From Macrostomum hystrix (Eukaryota; Animalia; Platyhelminthes), in NCBI GenBank assembly GCA_950097015.1, contig CATNEN010000005.1:5704001-5768000 (forward strand): a DNA stretch of 64,000 nt, given 5' to 3'. The notes under the pieces were generated by a model. The model was not told where the DNA came from and made no database searches. It was given only the letters and a program-made list of their open reading frames with translations. The position numbers were made by a program, and so were the translations under genes. Below are positions 47,201 to 56,200 of this stretch, piece after piece (position 1 is the stretch's first letter; each line of letters opens with the position of its first letter).

Positions 47201-50200
47201 ATGCGACGATTCGATTAAAAAAACGATTTTAGACAACCGTGGCAGATTTGGAACGCGACAAGGAAGACCTCACCAAGCAGGTGCAGGATCTGGAGGATTC
47301 CGTTCGTACGAAAGAGCAAGACATTAACACATTCAAGGTGCCTAATTTGAGGACCAATAATTGTCATTCCTCATTTTAATTGGATTTCTTGCATAAGTTT
47401 TCGAATGGAGTTGAAGCGTGCTTTTTGATGTGTTTTTTGGCTTTAATTAAACCAAGTTTTTTCATCTAATTGACGGATTTCTATTCACTATCATTGAGGT
47501 CAAAAAGAATTTCATTCCAAAATGGATCGCATCATGTTTGACTCATTTACTCGTAAATTTTGTAATTCTTTTTCAATCATTGTTTTCAGCTTGGTTGTTG
47601 AATTCGCATTGCGTTCATTTGGCTGATAGCGAGACAGAGACGGTACTTTTTGCGTATCGTACAGCGAGTTTATAAATCTGACTCCCCTCTAAAAGAGTAC
47701 GCCTATACTTTTCAAACGAATCTTTCCCAGAGCAACAACGAGAAACTGTCGACCAGTGTCGAGCAGCAGGGCAGGAGTTTGGAGAAGAAATCAGCCGAGG
47801 TTGAAGCCAAACAACGCGAAATTGAAGCTCTGAAAGCTGAAAAAGCGAAATTGAATCAGGATCGGCGCGATGAAGAAGCACGGCTCCAGGAGAAGGCTAA
47901 GGAGCAGTACAAGGAGACTCTGGATGTTAAGCGAGAGCGGGATGACTTGAATCGCACCAAGGCCTCGCTTGAGAAGCAGGTGGACAAGTTGAAGCAGAAG
48001 ATTGAGTCGCTGCAGAAGGACATTGGTCAGCTGAAGGTGAGGAGCGACGAGAAGCCATCAAAGAGAAGATGAAATGTTACTTCTTGACTAATCTAACCGA
48101 TGACTTCTCCTTTTCCGACTAAATCTACAGGAGAACATTGATAATTTGACTTCATCATTGGAGACCTCAGAGAAGACACTGGAGGATACTAATAATCGGG
48201 CCAAGGAGCTCGAAGATGAGCTAAATAAATTGAAGGTTGGAGGATTTTCTAAATTAGTTCTAGCATGCTTTCTATAAAGAATCATCACAGCTAAGACGTG
48301 TACTTTCTGAAGATCGTTGGTTTTGGCGCCTTGGAAACAAAATTTTGAACCCTGGTGACAGATTTTTTATTGGAAAATTTATCTAATTACTCTTTCCTTA
48401 ATTTTACATAGCAAAATTTCAATATTAGCTAAAACTGAGTGTTATTTATTTTTATTCATTCAGTTTCTGATTTGCATGCGAACTTTAAAAGTTTATCTTG
48501 AACTAGTTTGCTTAGAATTGCTAATCACTTTACTGTCAGTAGATAGAAGGAAATTATTTTGTAAAACTTATAGAAAGTTCAAAATTTAATCGGGAAATCG
48601 CAGGACGAGAGGAACCGACTAGAGAACGAGCGAGAAGATCTCAAAAGGAAGCTGACAGACACTGAGGCTGACAAGGACCGGCTTCAGCAGGAGACGGAGA
48701 CGTTGAAGAAGTCAACGGAGGCAGCCGAGAGAGAAAAGGAGGCTACCCAACGCGAGGCGGACGACTATCGCAAGGAGGCGGAGGCCGCAGCCGATGAGTT
48801 GAAGAAGTCGAATGAGTCCATTGCCAAGAGTCTGGACAAGGCGATGAAGAATTTGGAGACTCGCAATCAGGAGTTTCAGGTGAGTCAAAAACCATTAAAC
48901 TTCACCAGCTTGACAAGTTTTCCATATCTCCCGTTCGTCACAAAAGGGTCGTGTAAGACATTCCGTATCATTAAACCAAAGCCCCTTTTAACCAAAGTAT
49001 CATTTTAACAAAGCATCATTTTAACAAAGCATCATTTTAACAAAGCATCATTTTAACAAAGCATCATTTTAACAAAGCATCATTTTAACAAAGCATCATT
49101 TTAACAAAGCATCATTTTAACAAAGCATCATTTTAACAAAGCATCATTTTAACAAAGCATCATTTCACCAAAGCATCATGACACCAAAGTATCATGACAC
49201 CAAAGTATCATGACACCAAAGCATCATGACACCAAAGTATCAGGATACCAAAGTATCATGACACCAAAGCATCATGACACCAAAGCATCATGACTCCAAA
49301 TAATCAGGACACCAAAGCATCATGACACCAAAGCATCATGACACCAAATAATCAGGACACCAAAGCATCATGACACCAAAGTATCATGACACCAAAGTAT
49401 CAGGACACCAAAGCATCATGACACCAAAGCATCATGACACCAAAGCATCATGACACCAAAGTATCATGACACCAAAGCATCATGACACCAAAGTATCATG
49501 ACACCAAAGTATCAGGACACCAAAGTATCATGACACCAAAGCATCAAGACACCAAAGTATCATGACACCAAAGCATCATGACTCCAAATAATCAGGACAC
49601 CAAAGCATCAAGACACCAAAGTATCATGACACCAAAGTATCATGACACCAAAGCATCATGACACCAAAGTATCATGACACCAAAGTATCAGGACACCAAA
49701 GTATCATGACACCAAAGCATCAAGACACCAAAGCATCATGACACCAAAGCATCATGACTCCAAATAATCAGGACACCAAAGCATCAAGACACCAAAGTAT
49801 CATGACACCAAAGCATCAAGACACCAAAGCATCATGACACCAAAGCATCATGACTCCAAATAATCAAGACACCAAAGCATCAAGACACCAAAGTATCATG
49901 ACACCAAAGTATCAGGACACCAAAGTATCATGACACCAAAGTAACATGACACCAAAGTAACATGACACCAAAGTATCATGACACCAAAGTATCATGACAC
50001 CAAAGTATCATGACACCAAAGTATCAAGAGACTTGGATTTCATGATACTTCAGTATTGTTATACGAGTGTCTTTCCGTGTCGTGATACTTCGGTGTCATT
50101 ATACATCTGTTTAGTCAGTTTTCGCTTCATTTAAAGCTTCTGTCTAGTGCTAGACACTGTAAGGTCACTGCTGGTTCACTGGCAGTTTGAGTGCTAATTT

Positions 50201-53200
50201 TCACAGTAGAAGGCGTCTACTTTTTTGCTCAAAGACAAACAAAAAGCAACTGACTTAAAACACAACACTGCAGTCCAGAAAGTTAGTGCCAATATTGACA
50301 TTGCTCACAGTTAGAATACGCTTGGAGGAACATGTATATATGGCCCTGTAGAAGACCATCTAATGCACGCATTTACTTTAATTTAGAGTTATTTTAATAC
50401 AATAGGCTTGCACACACTCGCAAAACTCTTGTTTCACACGTTCAGACAGGTGAACCTTTGTAGTGCCTGTAGATAAGATCACTTTGTGATGTCTCTGAGA
50501 ACACTTACTTAGTGATGTCTGTGAGATCACTTACTTAGTGATGTCTCTGAGATCACTTACTTATTGATGTCTCTGAGATCACTTACTTAGTGATGTCTGT
50601 GAGATCACTTACTTATTGATGTCTCTGAGATCACTTACTTATTGATGTCTGTGAGATCACTTACTTAGTGATGTCTCTGAGATCACTTACTTATTGATGT
50701 CTCTGAGATCACTTACTTAGTGATGTCTGTGAGATCACTTACTTATTGATGTCTCTGAGATCACTTACTTATTGATGTCTCTGAGATCACTTACTTAGTG
50801 ATGTCTGTGAGATCTCCCGGGAGTATCTAAGTATGATAATTTTATTGTCTTCCACGCCAGGCCAAAGCACGAGAGGCTCAGTCCCACCGCGAGGCCAAAG
50901 AGGCGCTGGCACTAGAAAAGGATCGTCTCGAGCACGCTCTGCGCAAAGCAACCACCGACTTGGAGAAGCGAACTCAGGACCTCGCCAGGGCCAAGTCGGA
51001 CAAGGAGCGCATTGAGGCTACTCAGTACGAATCCGAGCGACGCGCCAAAGATGCTGAGCATCGACTGACGGAGCGAACTCGCGACCTAGCCGATCAGCGA
51101 ACCAAAGCCGAACAGATTCAGGCTGAGAAGGCCGAACTGGAGGCCGGAGCTCGCGAGCAGCGCGCCAAAAATCAGGAGCTGCAGACGGAGATCTCCGGAC
51201 TGAAACGAGAGCGCGATCGGCTGCAGAGAGAGTTGGAAGATTTGAGACGATCAGCTGACACCATGGAGACCAAGAAGATGGACGCTGAGAAGGAGCTGGA
51301 TACCGAGAAGGTGAAAGAGAACATATTTGTCTTGAAAAATTATTACCATCACCGAATTTAATTTTTTAAAAACACGAAGAACACGTAGAACTAAAGTTTT
51401 TATTCTCTAAATCAGAAAAATTCCGGAAAACTTCGTCGCGACGCCGAGAGCCTGCAGGATCGCATCAGGGAGCTGGAGGCCCGCCTGGAAGGCAAGGATC
51501 GCGAAATTGCCGACGCTAAGGTAAATTACGAAACTAGAATGAATTGTCATTGTGTCATTGTCGTATTTTTGACGTAATAACAGTATCTGACATCATCGTA
51601 GAATCAATTTTCATGGCACAACTATCGTGACAACTTAGAATTCATATTTACTCCGTCTCACAAAATTACAAAGGCCTCACAAGAAGAAGCTCAGAAGGAG
51701 CGCAGAAAACTGCAGCGCGACTTGGACGACCAGAGAAAATCTGCAGAATCGTTGAAGGCCACCAACGAACGCCTGGAAGAGGAGCTTCAAGAAATCAACA
51801 GCAAGTTAGAGCGCGACATTGGCAAGACCGACGGTTCCGGTGGTGATCTAGCCGATCAACTGAAGGTACAGTAATGCAATTGCTTGTTGAATGATACAAG
51901 TTTGCCTGCAAACAGTTTTCTCGACATTAGGAATTTCAAAACGGAAATGCACACGATGCTACTACGAGCGTTTTTTTTTGCCATAGTCTAATCTCCGCTA
52001 AATTTTTTTCAACAAAATACACAGTTCGAGAACTCTCGCCTGACCAAGCAAAAGTTGGAGCTCAGTAGAGAACTGGCCGAGGTTAAGGACAAGCTCAAGG
52101 CGGCTGAGATCAAAGTCGATCGAGAGAAGGTAATCAATTAACTAATGGGAAATGATCCCGTCTAACAAGAAGTGTTTCTGTCTAACATAAATTATCCCTG
52201 TCTAACAGCAAGTGAAATTTTCTCGTACGAGACAATCCTGCCTGTAGTCACGTAATCCCATTTTAACATTTCTAACTAAAGATTTAACAAATGTTTTAAC
52301 AAACCCCTGGACAGGACGAGAACGACGACCTGCTAATGGAGACAAAGAATCTAAACAACAAAATCAAAGAAGTCCAGAATATGCTTAACGCTCAAGAGCG
52401 TGAGAACAAAGAGTTGAAGGTGATTTTTCACATTCTTTGAATTATTAGTAAAGTTTTTTAAATAAGCCAGGTCTATAAGCAAGCATTTTATATGAATTTG
52501 GATTCTTCTTTCGATGTTAATAACGCTTTTATCTAATTTAACTGCGGAGTTCGCGCATGCACTGCGAAAAATAACATTATTTTTATATTGGTGCTACTTC
52601 TAGGGTATATGCATAAAATGTAATGGAGTCAAAGTTGTTGTGGGCTACCGAATTCAGTTGAAATTAAAACTCAACTTTTCACCTCCACGCAGAGATTCAA
52701 CGACAATCTCGAAGCGGCTATACGCAACAGCGAAGCCGAGGATCGCGGCAAAGCTGAGCGTCTGGAGCGCGACTGCGAGCTGAAGGTGAAATCGGTGAAG
52801 TCGCAGTTGGCTCAACGCGAAGCGGAACTGGCTCAGCTCAAGGTGAGTGAATCCAAGTGCTATACTCGTAGTGAGATGTTTGAGCGGAGGTTAACCATCA
52901 CATTTTAGGCATTGTCGAAAGGTCTAATGGTAATTTAAATTCGAAGCCTTTCATTTATAATCAAACGTAACTTCATTTTTAGTATAGTAGACTAGAAAAA
53001 TATCACCCCATTTGGGAAATATGCGCTTTTGGACCAGAAGCAATTCTTGCTTCGTCGTATGAAAATGATGCTTCATATCTTATCGATACCCCCTCTATAC
53101 CCATGACATCCAATGTTATTCCATTGAAAATCTACAATTACACGCATATTTACATCTATTGTAGCTCGTATATTGCGCTACATCTTCAAGTCGCTGCTAA

Positions 53201-56200
53201 GACAGCTCAAAGTACGACTGTTTTTAGTCAGCGGACGGCAAATGGACAGCACGAGGCGCCTCTCGCCGACGAAGAGCTCCCAGATCTTGAACAGCCAGAA
53301 TAGAGTCGCCTCGCAGTACTCCGAGAAGCTCAGCTTCATGAGGTAGCGGCACTCGATGTCGTACTGCATGGTTGTGCCGACGATAGAGGAGAGCACGCCA
53401 ACTACGAAGTTGATGAACAGGACTGGAACCAGCAGGATAAAGGCCATGTGCGTTAGCATCAAGTCCGTGCGGTCGAGGTTGGGCTGAAACACGCCAGTGT
53501 CGAAGACATTCAGCGTGATGAGGAAGGTGCGGTAAGTGGCGGAGAAGGCGTCGAGCTCCTGAGTCGCCAAGCTGCTGTTGCCACCCGATGACGCAGTGGC
53601 GGATCGGTCGGCGACCTGGAAGAGGCGCGAAAAGGTCACAAGCATGAGCAGGTAGACGAACAGGAAATTAGCGAACATGGCGAAGCTGCGGTAGAAGCTG
53701 TTGATAAACTTAGACACAATGGGCAGCAGTCGGGCTGACGTCACCAGAGCGCATATCAGCAGCAGCAGGTCCACCAGCACGAGACTGCCCGACAGCGACC
53801 GGAAGCCTGCAGCTCCGAGCAAGCGGCAGGCGGCCTCGGGGCTGCTCATCAGGGAAAGCAGCGACGCATCGGTGAGGATGCTTAGGCAGACGGGCGCCAT
53901 CATCACGAGGCTTTCGATGTCGGCCCGTCTGGGCCAGTTTGGGAAGCCCAACCGCCGGCGGTAAAGGGTCTTGCGCAGCCGGCCCAGGAGGTCTGACACC
54001 ATGACCAGCGCCCTGGTGGCCATCAGGACGCTTCGCGTTACGATGAATAGGGCTGGCAGCGGCTGAGCTGGGGGGCTGCATGCGGCATCCACGAAGTTGC
54101 GGTACGTGGTGTCGCAGCCGGCCAGCAGGAGGCACACATCAAACAGCAGGAAAATGCAGAGCGTAAACAAAAGGAAGCGATGCCGACCATGAAACTCGTC
54201 AATTAGTGGGGCCAGTACCAGAGGCCGGCGAAACACGCCGAGCTCGGACACGCGGGACTCGCCAAAAACGTTAGACATGACGGACAGTAGGGAGACAGAG
54301 CGCTCTGGACCAGTGCAGACGACCTCCGTGAAGTCCAGCTCGACGTGCTCCATGAGTCCCGACATGCCTGAGTGGATCACCGACATGTGCGAGCGGTACA
54401 GGAGCTCGTCCACGAAGTCTGCGTAGCCGCAGTACATGCCCCAGTCCAGCGGGCGCATGTGGTAGCAGTTCCGCATTGTGGACATCCGCGTGACCTCCTC
54501 GACCGAGAAGAACTCGCGCAGGAAGAACCTGAGGTAGTCGCTTGACCGCGCTTCCTCGGAGGAGGGCTGGGCCTCCGCTCGGATGATGTCAAGCCCTGCG
54601 AACAGTGTGTGGTAGGACGTGAAACCACACTCGCTGATGGCGCTGACGTCGAGTCCTTCGGCCATTCGCCTGATGAGTTCGCAGCAGCTCCTGGCATCGT
54701 ACATCACCGCCAGCAGGAAGGGGTTTGACGGATACGGGTGCTGCACGAGCCGCTTGCTCACTCGCACTGACTTGTCGTAGGAGCGAAAACGCTGAGGGCA
54801 CTGACGCTTCTGGCCCTCGGTGTCGCAGCTCTGCAGGAATCCCCGCCAGTCCGGACCGCGACTCTCCAGGAAGCGGCGCAACTGCTCGGCGTCGTCCCTC
54901 AGGATGATCGTCACGACAGTCGGCCACTGGTCCTCATCGATGAAGCTCCAGATGTTCAGCTGCGGCTGAGCAGTGGCTTCAGAGACTTGTCCGTCTTTAG
55001 GACTCACCTTGACTAGCTTGCTCATTGTTAGCCCTGAGAACGAGTGTCTGTTCCGCTGTATCTCATTGCTTTGTGGTCCTCATGTAGCTTTTTATACTGC
55101 CGATCAAACCACAAGGTATTGATTACATATGGAGTTCTTCATGTGAAGTATAATGACTCAAATAGTCGTTACTGTTTGAACGGGGTGATATACAATGCAA
55201 ACCAATGTTCAACGAAAAGCTTCTACTGTAACTCGACAAATACATTAAGAGTAAATAGTGCGCTTGCTAATTCTAAAGTACCACCCGAAGTATCTGAGAT
55301 GAATGTGCAAATACTAGTAATTGTGCATATTGATCAACGATTCCGTATACTAAGCAGGTAACTGTTAACTTAACCTGCGCACACAGTTCCAAGTAAATAT
55401 GTCTGCACAAGAGCAATTTAGCTACTCTTGTGCCTTACTTGCAAACTGTCAATCATTGAATTTGGAAGGCTGTGCCGTTAGTAACCTGCAGCCACGCAAA
55501 TTGTCACTAAAGACCATTTAGAACTTCTATTTGCCACGTATCGTAGTGATTTAAAAAGCTTGAAGGTTAAATGTGCACACTTATAATTCATAGATTACTC
55601 TTTATTGGCATTCATTCGAGTGACGACTGCGGGACGATATTCGAACGATATTTTAGCACTGGACCGAAACACCGTTATGTACATGCACATAACAACATGT
55701 AGTAGTCTTGATAATAATAACTATTGTAATGGCACATCATTTGGTGACATTAGACCCGCAGCCAGCTAGGAGGCAATCCTGCCCATTCCGTTGACTCCTG
55801 AGCACACAGGCACACGCATGTTTTTCGTCAGGCCAGTGTACACTCTCACTGTGCCTTGGAGGTTGGCCCTCAAGGGCGTAATTTGCGCGACAAGCCCCAA
55901 AGCCTTCTCTCCGCGGCTGCGCCCCAAATGAATGTGGCCTTGCCGCGGAATCGAGCTCAGGGACCTTGGCGCGTTAACCGCTCAGCCACCGACCCCCTGT
56001 GTAGCAGTCTTTGGGGTAATTTCCCTTTCTGGAAGTTCCACTTAGCAGTTTTTCAATTGCTTCATCTTTCACAGGTGTAAATAAAAGAAATATTTCAAAC
56101 AAAATAAAAGATGTACACAATCGATTTAGCAGAAAACCAATAACCGTCTAGCTCGGAGGTAATTTGAGATTCTTTTATGACTAACCAACTATTTCAGGAG

